This document shows positions 30,926 through 42,648 of a DNA stretch of 64,000 nt, piece after piece (within the stretch, counting starts at the first letter, position 1; each line of letters starts with the position of its first letter). Under the pieces are notes generated by a model. That model worked only from the letters and a program-made list of their open reading frames with translations, made no database searches and was not told the origin of the DNA. The position numbers were made by a program, and so were the translations under genes. Source of the DNA: Candidatus Cloacimonadales bacterium (GTDB lineage Bacteria > Cloacimonadota > Cloacimonadia > Cloacimonadales > JAFGVF01). Location of the stretch: assembly GCA_963677495.2 (NCBI GenBank), contig CAXXOU010000004.1, forward strand, positions 896,001 through 960,000, read 5' to 3'.

Positions 30926-31669
30926 CTATAACTTACCACCTGTCACAAAAAATTCCTCTCCACTTATATAACTATTATTAGAGTCAGTTAAAAACTTGCA
31001 AATATGGTATATATCATTCCCTTCTGCAAGTCGTTTCTTAGGTATCTGCTCTAACTCTTTTGCATAGTATCTTTTTCTAAACTCTCTATACTCTTCACTA
31101 AAGTGAGAATCGTCTATCTTGATTGGTCCTGGTGAAACAGTATTTATTGTTATATCATAGGACTTGAGTTCTTGTGCTACACTACGTGTAAGATTAGCTA
31201 TAGCTGCTTTTGAAGCTGCATATGCTGTACCTTTCTTTAGGCCTATTCTACTAACATTGGAACCGAACAATACTATCCTTCCATAATTGTTTTGCTTTAG
31301 AACAGGCAAATATACTCTAAGAAGATTATAAGTTGAGAATAGGTTACATTGAACAACATTGTACCAAAGATCCGGTGTAGTATCTTCCAGATTACTGAAA
31401 TCACTACTTCGTATTGATGCAGTATGAACGATAATTTCAGGCACTTTGCCACTCATAACTTTTAGATTATCACAAGCTTTTTCAACGCAATCTAATTGTG
31501 TTAGGTCACACTGAACCATAAATACTCTATCTTTAAAAGATGTAAGCTCTTTAATGCGTTTGTCACTATTATGATAAAGTAGTTGAAGAGTATAGCCATC
31601 TTCTAAAAACTGCTTTGCCAGAAAGCTCCCAATGTTTCCATCTGCACCAGTAATTAAAATAGTTCTCAT
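30926..31669 (-). CDS. SDR family oxidoreductase
   Basis: TGADGNIG, YAASK, N.VSPG. Confidence 0.88.
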   Translation of the reverse strand: MRTILITGADGNIGSFLAKQFLEDGYTLQLLYHNSDKRIKELTSFKDRVFMVQCDLTQLDCVEKACDNLKVMSGKVPEIIVHTASIRSSDFSNLEDTTPDLWYNVVQCNLFSTYNLLRVYLPVLKQNNYGRIVLFGSNVSRIGLKKGTAYAASKAAIANLTRSVAQELKSYDITINTVSPGPIKIDDSHFSEEYREFRKRYYAKELEQIPKKRLAEGNDIYHICKFLTDSNNSYISGEEFFVTGGKL

Positions 31670-32832
31670 TAATTCGACCCTATTACATCCAGTATAAAAT
31701 CAGCACAGTCTGATTTCAAGCCTTCAAACTTATGCTCAGAGTTCTTTGAAAGCATAATTACAGATGTTTCATTACTACCACTAACCCTGATATCATTAGC
31801 AACAACCCAATCAAGATTCTTTCTATCAAGTTTTATCTTTGCATTTTCAATAACGTTTTCTGATTCTGCAGCAAATCCTATTAAATACTGACCGATGAGC
31901 TTGTCACGATCCATGTTAGCAAGTATGTCAACAGTTCTTTCAAGCTTAAGATTCATATCATCTGACTTTTTAATCTTATTCTCAGCTTTATTCTTAGGGG
32001 TATAATCTGCTACTGCAGCGGTCATAATAACTATATTTTGTGATGCATAATGTTTCATCACTTCATAATGCATTTCTTCAGCTGTTACTGCTTTAATTGG
32101 ATTCAAATATTCAGGTATGGTTTCATTCATTCTGCTATGTATAAATGTGACTTCAGCACCGCGCCAATATGCTGTTCTTGCAAGGGATAAGCCCATTTTT
32201 CCACTTGAATGGTTTGTTATGAAACGCATTGGGTCAATATCTTCCTGCGAAGCACCGGCTGTAATCAAAACTTTCTTCCCTTTCATATCTTGATTGCTTG
32301 CTGTAATTGCACGTATTGCATGAACAATTTCGATAGGTGCCGGTAATCTTCCTTTTCCTTCATATCCACATGCAAGCATGCCTTTATCAGGTTCTATTAT
32401 ATAGTTCCCACGTTCCGCAAGAAGTTTTAAATTTGCTTGGGTAGCTGGGTTTGCATACATATAGATATTCATTGCAGGAGCAAAAAGAATTGGTCTGGGA
32501 CTTGCAAGGATAGTTGAACTTAGTAAATCATCTGCGATACCCTGTGCCGTCTTAGCAATGATATTCCCAGTAGCAGGGGCTATTACAATCAAGTCAGCCC
32601 ATCCTGCCCAATCAACATGTGCGATTGGCTCATCCAGCTGAAACTCATGCGTTAGTACCTTGTTTCCTGTTATTGCAGCAAAGTTTATTGGTCCAACGAA
32701 CTCCTGAGCATGCTTTGTCAAAATTGTTCTAACAACAGCACCTTCTTTCTTAAGTCTGCTTGCAATCTCAATTGCTTTGTATGCAGCAATTCCGCCTGTA
32801 ACTCCAAGTAATATTTTTTTATCTTTAAGCAT
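31669..32832 (-). CDS. coaBC: Phosphopantothenoylcysteine decarboxylase/synthetase
   Basis: GVTGGIAAYK, APAMN, IDPMRFITNHSSGKMG, GFAAES. Confidence 0.96.
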   Translation of the reverse strand: MLKDKKILLGVTGGIAAYKAIEIASRLKKEGAVVRTILTKHAQEFVGPINFAAITGNKVLTHEFQLDEPIAHVDWAGWADLIVIAPATGNIIAKTAQGIADDLLSSTILASPRPILFAPAMNIYMYANPATQANLKLLAERGNYIIEPDKGMLACGYEGKGRLPAPIEIVHAIRAITASNQDMKGKKVLITAGASQEDIDPMRFITNHSSGKMGLSLARTAYWRGAEVTFIHSRMNETIPEYLNPIKAVTAEEMHYEVMKHYASQNIVIMTAAVADYTPKNKAENKIKKSDDMNLKLERTVDILANMDRDKLIGQYLIGFAAESENVIENAKIKLDRKNLDWVVANDIRVSGSNETSVIMLSKNSEHKFEGLKSDCADFILDVIGSN

Positions 32833-33171
32833 GTTAACCTACTATCTTCAATTTGTTAAAGATTATTTCCTATTAGTTTCATGTCAAATGAATTCGGATT
32901 ATGTGTAATTATATGACTTAGGATGTAATATTTGGACATGGAATCTTTTATTGCTTTGTTGTATTAAATACCTTACAAACTAATTATTGTCATTCCCTAA
33001 TCTTTCTAAGTCTGGATTGTAACAATAAATTTTCATTGATTAATATTGATTTAAAATCGTTTGATATTCATAGTAACGATTATGCTTTAGTACTGCTGTT
33101 ATAGATGCTTCTCGGAAAATTTCTTAATTAAATTGACATTTGATGCTAATCAGTAATTATAGGATTCAATT

Positions 33172-33990
33172 ATGAATACAAAAAGCAATCCAATTGGAAT
33201 ATTTGATTCCGGGGTTGGCGGACTTACAGTTTTTAAAACAATCCGCCAGACATTTCCAGCCGAAAATATTGTTTATTTCGGTGATACAGCCCGAGTCCCT
33301 TATGGACCTAAATCTAAAAACACAGTTATAGAATATTCTATTCAGAACGCTAGTTTTCTGATTCAACAGAATGCAAAGATAATTATAGTTGCTTGCAACA
33401 CTTCTTCAGCAGTGGCATTGCCATACATTAGAAAGATTACTAACATACCGGTTATTGGTGTGATTGTTCCCGGTGCAATAGCAGCCGTAAACTCAACCAG
33501 AAATGGTAAGATTGGTATAATTGGTACAGAAGGTACAGTTAGAAGTGAAGCCTATCCCAATGAGATATTAGCGTTAAAAGAGAATGCTGAGACCCATTCA
33601 ACACCATGTCCTTTATTTGTTTCACTTGCGGAAGAAGGCTGGGAAAACAGCAATGAAGCTGAGACTATAGCACAAACTTACTTGAAAAACTTGATAGATA
33701 AAGGTGTCGATACAATAGTTCTCGGATGTACACATTATCCAATCCTTAAGCAAACTATTCAAAAGGTTGTTGGAGAAGGTATAAGACTAGTAGATAGTTC
33801 AGAGGCTATTATTGATAGCCTTAGGATGATACTTCCCGATCCTGCCAGTGGCAAGATTGGGCATGATTATTTCTTCGTAAGTGATAATGAAGAGAAATTC
33901 TATACACTAGCTTCACGCATTCTGGAAAAAGAGATATATTCCTTGCAGAAAGTTAAGCTCAGAGAGACATGGTTTGTTGATAATAATTAA
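33172..33990 (+). CDS. murI: Glutamate racemase
   Basis: FDSGVGGL, PYGPKS, ACNT, LGCTHYP. Confidence 0.97.
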   Translation: MNTKSNPIGIFDSGVGGLTVFKTIRQTFPAENIVYFGDTARVPYGPKSKNTVIEYSIQNASFLIQQNAKIIIVACNTSSAVALPYIRKITNIPVIGVIVPGAIAAVNSTRNGKIGIIGTEGTVRSEAYPNEILALKENAETHSTPCPLFVSLAEEGWENSNEAETIAQTYLKNLIDKGVDTIVLGCTHYPILKQTIQKVVGEGIRLVDSSEAIIDSLRMILPDPASGKIGHDYFFVSDNEEKFYTLASRILEKEIYSLQKVKLRETWFVDNN

Positions 33991-34016
33991 TTTAAATTAC
34001 AATATAGATGAGGTGA

Positions 34017-35615
<1,599 letters not shown>

Positions 35616-35627
35616 AGTTGATTATAG

Positions 35628-35659
35628 AAAAGGGGATGCTTGATTCAGTATCCCCTTTT
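35628..35659. terminator. Bidirectional terminator
   Basis: aaaaggggatgct...agtatcccctttt. Confidence 0.75.
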
Positions 35660-35664
35660 GTAAT

Positions 35665-37011
35665 TCAAAGTTTATCAATGCTTTGAATATAAGAGACCAT
35701 GTCAAACTTACGCTTTAGACCCTTATCGTTCATGTAACGTACCTTCCCATAAATGGATCGCTCTTTCCAAGCAGTATCATGCTTACCGAAACACCACGCT
35801 ATTCCTGCATAACCATTGGGACTGAAACCATCAATTGAGTATTTATTGTTTAAATAGATTGCAATCTGGTAAGCATCAATCGGATTTTCTGACCATTCCA
35901 GAATTTTTTTCCCCCAGTACATGCGCATGTAACCATGCATTTTACCGGTAAGGATCATTTCTCTTTGGGCTGCATTCCAGTATGTATCGTGAGTGCTTGC
36001 TTTCTCAAATTTATCTAATGAATATACTATTTCTCTTGAATCGTCACTGTGATCAAGTAGGGTTTGTTTTGCCCATTTCGGAAGTGAATTAAAGTTATCA
36101 TAGTTTTCATTAAAATAAACAAAGTTATGTGATAACTCTCGTCTAACGATGAGTTGTTCGAGGAACCTATCACTGTTTATATCTCCGAGTTTGGAAACCC
36201 TATTGATAATTCTTATTGGTGAGATTTGACCAAAGTTTAAGTATGGACTTAAGTCTGATTGATAGTTCTCTCCGACAAGATTACGACCTTCATTATAGTG
36301 GGGAAGACCTTGTTTAACAAAGCTCTCCATGTGTTTTATTGCTCTTCGTTCACCTGATACAAAACTAACAGGTTTTGCAACTTCATTGATTCCCAGTTTA
36401 TCTGCAAATAACTTGATCTTTGGGTAAAATGAGAAATCTTTAGGGAATTGAAGATTCAAACTCTGATGCTCCAATATCGGTGTTTTAACTCTTTTGGTAA
36501 AACTTGAGAGTTTCTCATGTATTTTGGGTCTGAACGTCCTAGCTGCATACTCTTCTTTATCTGAAGCGATCATGACAGGAACTGTAATGTCTGATTCTAT
36601 GAGTGTAAATCTACAAGGTAAACTCAACTGTTTACGAATCTGTCTATCTTCTTTTAAATAAGCAAAGTCTCCAACAACTTCAACTGCATTTTTAGCAAAT
36701 TTAGTGACCCCTTTCACTCTAGTTGTCATTTCTATATGTAGTTGTATACCTCCTGAATAAAGATCTTTTCTAAGTTTATTCATACCTCGAAGTAGAAAAT
36801 CATATTGTCTCGAGTTAAATAAGGGGTAAGTAATATCGATTATATATAATACTAGTAATGGTTTAGAGTACTTATTAGCGAGCTCAATAGCAAAGTTTAA
36901 AGCATAGTTGTCCCTAATTCTCTGGCTTTTATCCATCCAATATAGAACATATTTACCAGCTGGATTATAAGATGCATTATTCTGATGATGAACTCTTTCT
37001 ATTGCTACCAT
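35665..37011 (-). CDS. phrB: Class II CPD photolyase
   Basis: VLYWM, EY.ARTFRPKI, LSPYL.FGQIS, MHGYMRMYWGKKILEW. Confidence 0.93.
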   Translation of the reverse strand: MVAIERVHHQNNASYNPAGKYVLYWMDKSQRIRDNYALNFAIELANKYSKPLLVLYIIDITYPLFNSRQYDFLLRGMNKLRKDLYSGGIQLHIEMTTRVKGVTKFAKNAVEVVGDFAYLKEDRQIRKQLSLPCRFTLIESDITVPVMIASDKEEYAARTFRPKIHEKLSSFTKRVKTPILEHQSLNLQFPKDFSFYPKIKLFADKLGINEVAKPVSFVSGERRAIKHMESFVKQGLPHYNEGRNLVGENYQSDLSPYLNFGQISPIRIINRVSKLGDINSDRFLEQLIVRRELSHNFVYFNENYDNFNSLPKWAKQTLLDHSDDSREIVYSLDKFEKASTHDTYWNAAQREMILTGKMHGYMRMYWGKKILEWSENPIDAYQIAIYLNNKYSIDGFSPNGYAGIAWCFGKHDTAWKERSIYGKVRYMNDKGLKRKFDMVSYIQSIDKL

Positions 37012-37371
37012 AATAATCAACCCCTTTGTGAGTTATATATCTATAGTATAATTCGTATGTCATGGAATGCAATTATTAAGGGTGGTTAAAAAATTTCTAA
37101 TAGTTTAAACTTTGCTCCGGCAACAGATATTCAACTTTTTTATTTCAAATTAGTTATAATAAAGTATACCAGCAGAAGTTTTATCGAAAACAACTTATCC
37201 TTTAACATTGAAACGTTTGCAGTTAACATTAATCGCTTGTCTACAATGGTTATATGTGAGTATCAATATATGAATCCTGCGGGTCACATAATATCTTAAG
37301 AATAAACTCTTCATCAAGATACTAGTACAGAGCTCTAGCACATCTAATTTCAATCCAAAACTCCATCCCTT

Positions 37372-37401
37372 TAACGGGTTTCTAACGGGAAGCTAATGGG
37401 G
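37372..37401. repeat. Partial 11-bp-phased array, TAACGGG type (copy D)
   Basis: taacggg 37372, taacggg 37383, taatggg 37394; inverted arm not clearly present. Confidence 0.5.
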
Positions 37402-37817
37402 AGCAGATTAGTAGTTAGCAGCGAAAAACCTATAGCTGGTAGTGATAATTATATATGATTAATTTTGGTATCCAAGACAGTGTGTTAAAGACTTTAATTT
37501 AGTTTCATTGCTCTATCATAATAATCGTGACTCAGGTGTCTGATCCTAATGAGTCTCTTGGGCCTTCCTGGGGAAAATTGATAAGAAAGTCTCCATAATT
37601 GTTGCTGCAAAGGTATTGTGAAAATTCTTTATTATGATAGGGCATAGAGGGATTTTAATTGAGTTGAAGAGTGTTTTAGTCTTCATTTAATAAGAGCGAA
37701 GTATTGTTTCAAAGTATATAAACATGAAACGAATGTAGCACTTTTAGTGCTCTTTGTGGCTTCACTTTTTTTTTAAGAATGGTATTTATACTATGAGCAC
37801 GAGTAAATCTAAAAAAT

Positions 37818-37842
37818 AGGCTGATGATATATTCATCAGCCT
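37818..37842 (-). terminator. Intrinsic terminator
   Basis: aggctgatga-tatat-tcatcagcct with A-run on the left. Confidence 0.7.
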
Positions 37843-37873
37843 GTATACCTCGGATGAGGGTTATGAAGAAGAT

Positions 37874-39688
37874 CTATAACTTGATTCTACGTTGTTCAAA
37901 TGTGTCCTCATTGAAAGGACCATCGAAGCTGATGTATCTTGTTTCAGGATCCCAGCTAAAAGGTTTATCTGTATAGAGATTAAACATATTCTTTTGTTTG
38001 CTGTTTAGGAATTTAACAATACTCTCTGCATCCATTTTATCTCGTTTAATTTTTGATACTGCTTGCATTAAACCTACTCGCACTTCAAGATCTCTTACTT
38101 TAACTGCATATCTATTGTATGTTGCAATATAGTTTTCAGATAGTATTACACCGAGTGGATTATATAAGTATTCAAAGAATGTGTACTTGTCTTCAATTTG
38201 GTCATCTAATTTATCAACCATTTCATTTGTTGGAAGTTCAGAGAAACTTGCATTCTGCTCATGCATCGTATAAGCATGGTTAACTATGTTGTTTCCTTTA
38301 AAGAAGAGAGGGTTTGCTTTAGCTATCTCTTGCCTGGAAATAGAATAATCCAATATAGCTTCAGAGCTATCAAATAGGCGAGTTATAAAGGCAGCAGCCA
38401 AATTATACTCATGCATATAACCTTTACGCATACTCCATGCTTCCTTTGAGAAAGGTTTCATGCCATCTATATAATCTAATAACCTTGTATCTACATTCTC
38501 TTCGTATGTAATAAGTTTATCAACACCTTTCTGATGAATCATCATCATTATTGTACTAACAAGCTTGAATATAAGAGAATCTGATTGTTCCATAAGATGC
38601 ATACAAACAGCTTCACCTTTTTGCATCAACTTAATAGCTTCATCTCTGTCTCCATCAATATACTCACTAACAAAGTTAAAAACATATAGACGTTCAAACA
38701 TAACCATAGGCATCATAATTGGAACAGGTGAGATCATATCAGGAATAATCTTATGCTCATACTTATCATATTCGAGGAACTTGTAGTATCTATCTCTAAG
38801 ATAACTATAGTTATTATAATGTTTTTTAATCAATTCTCTGTTCTCTTTTGCAAAGGTTATGAACTGTTCATCAGTTAGCTGATGCATTACATCTAACTCA
38901 GGATCAAGTTTATCAACAGGTGAGTTTAAAGCACTTAACTGTTCATTCACATCAATACCACTATCAGGAGCTAAGATATTGAGTATCTTTTCATTCATAT
39001 CTACAGTTCTTTTGAAACCAACCTCAAACGGGCTTTGGTCTTCCGGGATACCAAACGCACTTACTAAGTAGAATCCGTTTTCTTGAGGATACTCATCGGG
39101 TGCATAATTAATCAAAGCAGCTTCAGCTTCATTGGAAAGGGGTTCTTCATATTGCCAGATGATATTGACTGCAATGAGGATTAGAATGGAGATAAGCATG
39201 AAGACTTTACCCACTTTCCAACGGCTGTAATCTGTTTCTGTTCTTTTAGGTATATCATTATTCTTAGCTTTTCTTGAAATAATCATTGTTGAGGCCAGCT
39301 TATCTGCAAAGTTCTGTTGGCGTGAATCGAATAGTGACCATATGAATCCAATCAATAGTGAGAACCAAGATAGAAAGAACCCTGCATATCTGAGTAGTGA
39401 TATTAATAATATTGGTTTCTTACCTGTTTGCGTTTCAATCATTCTCAAGTCTAAACATAACATCCCTACTGTAGCTCCGAACACATACCACATTAAGATT
39501 GAATATACAGCTGGTATAACAAATATTGTTAACATGAAAGCAATTTGAAGCTTCCCGCCAAATAAAGCTCCCTTATTCAAGAGAAGATATACAATATAAA
39601 ATAAACCAACCCATAAAGCAATATCAATAATGAAAGCTCCTAATCGTCTTAATAATAGTAAATTCTGTTTTGTTTCAACTTGTTCCAT
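37874..39688 (-). CDS. RDD-domain membrane protein fused to a large helical extracytoplasmic domain
   Basis: RRLGAFIID, G.T.G...L.LR, R.Q..ADK.A.T RDD motifs; further TM helix then ~420-aa domain. Confidence 0.78.
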   Translation of the reverse strand: MEQVETKQNLLLLRRLGAFIIDIALWVGLFYIVYLLLNKGALFGGKLQIAFMLTIFVIPAVYSILMWYVFGATVGMLCLDLRMIETQTGKKPILLISLLRYAGFFLSWFSLLIGFIWSLFDSRQQNFADKLASTMIISRKAKNNDIPKRTETDYSRWKVGKVFMLISILILIAVNIIWQYEEPLSNEAEAALINYAPDEYPQENGFYLVSAFGIPEDQSPFEVGFKRTVDMNEKILNILAPDSGIDVNEQLSALNSPVDKLDPELDVMHQLTDEQFITFAKENRELIKKHYNNYSYLRDRYYKFLEYDKYEHKIIPDMISPVPIMMPMVMFERLYVFNFVSEYIDGDRDEAIKLMQKGEAVCMHLMEQSDSLIFKLVSTIMMMIHQKGVDKLITYEENVDTRLLDYIDGMKPFSKEAWSMRKGYMHEYNLAAAFITRLFDSSEAILDYSISRQEIAKANPLFFKGNNIVNHAYTMHEQNASFSELPTNEMVDKLDDQIEDKYTFFEYLYNPLGVILSENYIATYNRYAVKVRDLEVRVGLMQAVSKIKRDKMDAESIVKFLNSKQKNMFNLYTDKPFSWDPETRYISFDGPFNEDTFEQRRIKL

Positions 39689-39727
39689 AAAATACTCCTT
39701 TCGACTAATGTTTTCGTCTTATCATAC

Positions 39728-39743
39728 TGCAAGCAATGTTCCA
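39728..39743 (-). promoter_or_regulatory. Sigma-54 (-24/-12) promoter for the RDD gene
   Basis: Minus strand TGGAACATTGCTTGCA = GG-N10-GC, ~40 bp before the start codon. Confidence 0.72.
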
Positions 39744-39797
39744 AAACGCTAAGACTAAGAAACGTAAGTATATAACGTAATTATGTCTGTTTCACAG

Positions 39798-39834
39798 TGT
39801 CTCAAAATGAACATTAAGTGTTCGATAATGAACA
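39798..39834. promoter_or_regulatory. Tandem enhancer-binding-protein sites (TGT-N10-ACA x2)
   Basis: tgtctcaaaatgaaca (39798) and tgttcgataatgaaca (39819), 21 bp apart. Confidence 0.65.
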
Positions 39835-39889
39835 GTTTTATCAGATTGACAACTATCTTAGTAATTCTTAGATAGCGTCAGGAGTATTT

Positions 39890-41260
39890 ATGATTACTGA
39901 TGCACGTATTTTAATTATCGATGATGATGAAGATATTATCTTCTCACTTAGAGTAATGTTAGATTCTATTTGTTCTAATATGGAATCTACCATTGATCCA
40001 AGGGATATCCCTTCGCTAATACGTCGGAACAGCTATGATGTTGTTCTGCTTGATATGAACTTTAATGATGATGCTATTAGTGGGGAAGAGGGGTTCTATT
40101 GGCTTAGTAGAATCAAAGAGATAAATCCTGAGCTTCCCGTAATTTTGATTACAGCTTATGGGGATATAGAACGTGCTATCAGAGCAATTCATTCAGGTGC
40201 ATATGACTTTATTACCAAGCCCTGGCAGAACGAGAAGATTATTGCGACTGTTAATGCAGCTACAAATTATGCAAGAGCAGAACAGAAGGTAAATATTACA
40301 AAAGCTCAACGTGATTACCTAAAAAAAGATATTGAACACGACTTCTCAGATATTATTGGTGATTCTGAGGTTATGCAGGGAGTACTTAAGACAGTCAGGA
40401 CTGTAGCTTCTACAGAAGCAGATGTTCTGATTATTGGAGAGAACGGTACTGGGAAAGAGCTGATTGCAAGAGCGTTACATAAGAATTCCAATAGGGCAGA
40501 TGAGGTGTTCCTCTCGGTGGATATGGGTGCTGTAAACGGGAACTTATTTGAATCAGAGTTGTTTGGACATGTAAAAGGTGCGTTTACAGGTGCTAATAAA
40601 TCACGTGTCGGTAAACTAGTTGCAGCTAACGGTGGTACCCTATTCTTAGATGAGATAGGAAACCTGGCTTTGGAGCAACAAGTGAAGCTCCTAAAAGTAC
40701 TTGAGGATAGACAAAATGTTTCTTTAGGCTCAAATGTAAAAGAAGAAATAGATGTCAGACTAATTAGTGCAACAAATAGTAATCTGGATTTGGATGTTGA
40801 AGAGGGTAAATTTAGAGCTGATCTTTTATTTAGAATAAATACAATAGAAATTCATCTTCCTCCGCTCCGTGACAGGCTAAAAGATGTTCCTAAGCTTTGT
40901 AACTACTTTCTGGAGCTATACAACAACAAATATAACAAGCAGATAAAAGGTCTCACAAACAGTGCTTTAAGCAAACTCATGGGATACCATTTTCCGGGGA
41001 ATATAAGAGAGTTAAAACATATTATTCATAGAGCTGTAATTCTTTGTGAAGATAAAGCAATCAACTCTAATCACATAAATCTCAAAAATAGAATGAAAGG
41101 TAGTAAGTTGAAGCTTGATACCCTCAACATCGAAGCAGCTGAGGAAGCACTTATTAGGGAAGCGATACAGAAATATCAAGGTAACATGACTAAAGCAGCT
41201 AAAGCTCTTGGCATAAACAGGACATCTTTATACAGAAGGATTGAGAAATATGGCTTATAA
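39890..41260 (+). CDS. Sigma-54-dependent response regulator (NtrC family)
   Basis: Receiver domain, GENGTGKE, GAFTGA, LFLDEIG, PGNIREL, Fis-type HTH. Confidence 0.95.
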   Translation: MITDARILIIDDDEDIIFSLRVMLDSICSNMESTIDPRDIPSLIRRNSYDVVLLDMNFNDDAISGEEGFYWLSRIKEINPELPVILITAYGDIERAIRAIHSGAYDFITKPWQNEKIIATVNAATNYARAEQKVNITKAQRDYLKKDIEHDFSDIIGDSEVMQGVLKTVRTVASTEADVLIIGENGTGKELIARALHKNSNRADEVFLSVDMGAVNGNLFESELFGHVKGAFTGANKSRVGKLVAANGGTLFLDEIGNLALEQQVKLLKVLEDRQNVSLGSNVKEEIDVRLISATNSNLDLDVEEGKFRADLLFRINTIEIHLPPLRDRLKDVPKLCNYFLELYNNKYNKQIKGLTNSALSKLMGYHFPGNIRELKHIIHRAVILCEDKAINSNHINLKNRMKGSKLKLDTLNIEAAEEALIREAIQKYQGNMTKAAKALGINRTSLYRRIEKYGL

Positions 41261-42584
41261 AATTGGCTCAATAAGTAAAGTAACATTCGTTGTAAACCTA
41301 TTCATGTGTATATGTGCAGGAGCATCAGCGTACTTCTTTGCACAGAAAGACTATTTCTCAGCTTGGGTTTCACTTTTGGCTACTGCTATTCTGATTTCAG
41401 GAATTCCAATCTACATTAAAAGAATGATTAGTAACATCACATCTTTGGTCAATTCTTACAATCAGAACTGGAAGAGTAAAGAGGTGGAATTACCAGGATT
41501 TGCTGATGAACTTATAGAGCTAAATCGTGAGTTGATCAGTATGAAGGCACGTATTGAAGATACATGTAAAACAAATGCCATGAGTGCTGTAATCATTGAG
41601 AAGATTATTGAGCATTTACCTTTTGCTGTATTAGTATATGATGAGCAAGCTAAGGTATACTATTCAAATGATATCCTTGTTAATCTAATTGGAGAAAAGG
41701 TCGATTATATCACAGCAGCTAGTCTTAGAAACAGGGAACTTATGAGAAAGATCTCTTTACTGGAAGATGGAAAACAGATAGTCTTTTCGGATAATTCCCA
41801 AGACTTAAGTCGTGAGTTTTTACTATCAAAAAATAGTTTCAGTTTTGATAACAACACACACTTTTTAGTAACAATGAAGGATATCAAGTCCGAGATGGAC
41901 ACACAGGAATCAGTTTCTTGGCAGAAACTCATAAGAGTATTGAACCATGAGATTGCCAATTCTCTTACTCCCATTGCGTCACTTTCTGACACTCTTCTTA
42001 TACAAATGGATAATCCGACTGAGAGTTTTAAATCTAACCTATCATCTTCACTCAAACTTTTCTCTAAAAGAACAAAAGGCCTTATGAAGTTTGTTAAGCG
42101 ATACAGACAACTTGCTGTTATCGAAAAACCTGAACTCAAACCGACAGAACTTAAAGTAATTATTAAAGATACAATCTCATTGTTTGAGAAGGAGTTTGAA
42201 GATAAGGAAATTTCAGTTTCATTAAACGCAACTGAGAGCTCTGCATTTGTAAATGTAGATCAAGCAATGTTCCAACAAGTATTAATAAATCTGATGAAAA
42301 ACTCTATTGAGTCCATGAATCAGTCAGTGCGTAAGAAGCTTTTCATAAACTTAGTAGAGCAGGAAACAGATTCAGTTATAACAATATTGGATACAGGTTC
42401 AGGAATAAGTCCAGATGCTCTTCCGAACATATTTATCCCATTTTTTACTACTAAGAAAGATGGCTCAGGTATTGGACTTGCAATAACAAAACAGATAATC
42501 AGACTTCATAGAGGGGATATAACTGCAACTTCAATTCCTAATGAGGAAACAGTGTTCAAGATTACTTTACCTAATTCATATTAG
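41250..42584 (+). CDS. Sensor histidine kinase (PAS + HATPase)
   Basis: 2 TM helices, HEIANSLTPI, INLMKN, DTGSGI, FFTTK..GSGIGL. Confidence 0.92.
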   Translation: MAYKIGSISKVTFVVNLFMCICAGASAYFFAQKDYFSAWVSLLATAILISGIPIYIKRMISNITSLVNSYNQNWKSKEVELPGFADELIELNRELISMKARIEDTCKTNAMSAVIIEKIIEHLPFAVLVYDEQAKVYYSNDILVNLIGEKVDYITAASLRNRELMRKISLLEDGKQIVFSDNSQDLSREFLLSKNSFSFDNNTHFLVTMKDIKSEMDTQESVSWQKLIRVLNHEIANSLTPIASLSDTLLIQMDNPTESFKSNLSSSLKLFSKRTKGLMKFVKRYRQLAVIEKPELKPTELKVIIKDTISLFEKEFEDKEISVSLNATESSAFVNVDQAMFQQVLINLMKNSIESMNQSVRKKLFINLVEQETDSVITILDTGSGISPDALPNIFIPFFTTKKDGSGIGLAITKQIIRLHRGDITATSIPNEETVFKITLPNSY

Positions 42585-42648
42585 GTATTAACTGCGGGAA
42601 GAATTCTATTGTTCTGTGAAAGTAAAGTGTTGAATAGTAAGATTCAAG

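Noticed and set aside
32833..33171. AT-rich gap between coaBC and murI
   Set aside because: Consistent with ordinary divergent promoters; no repeat or structure found.
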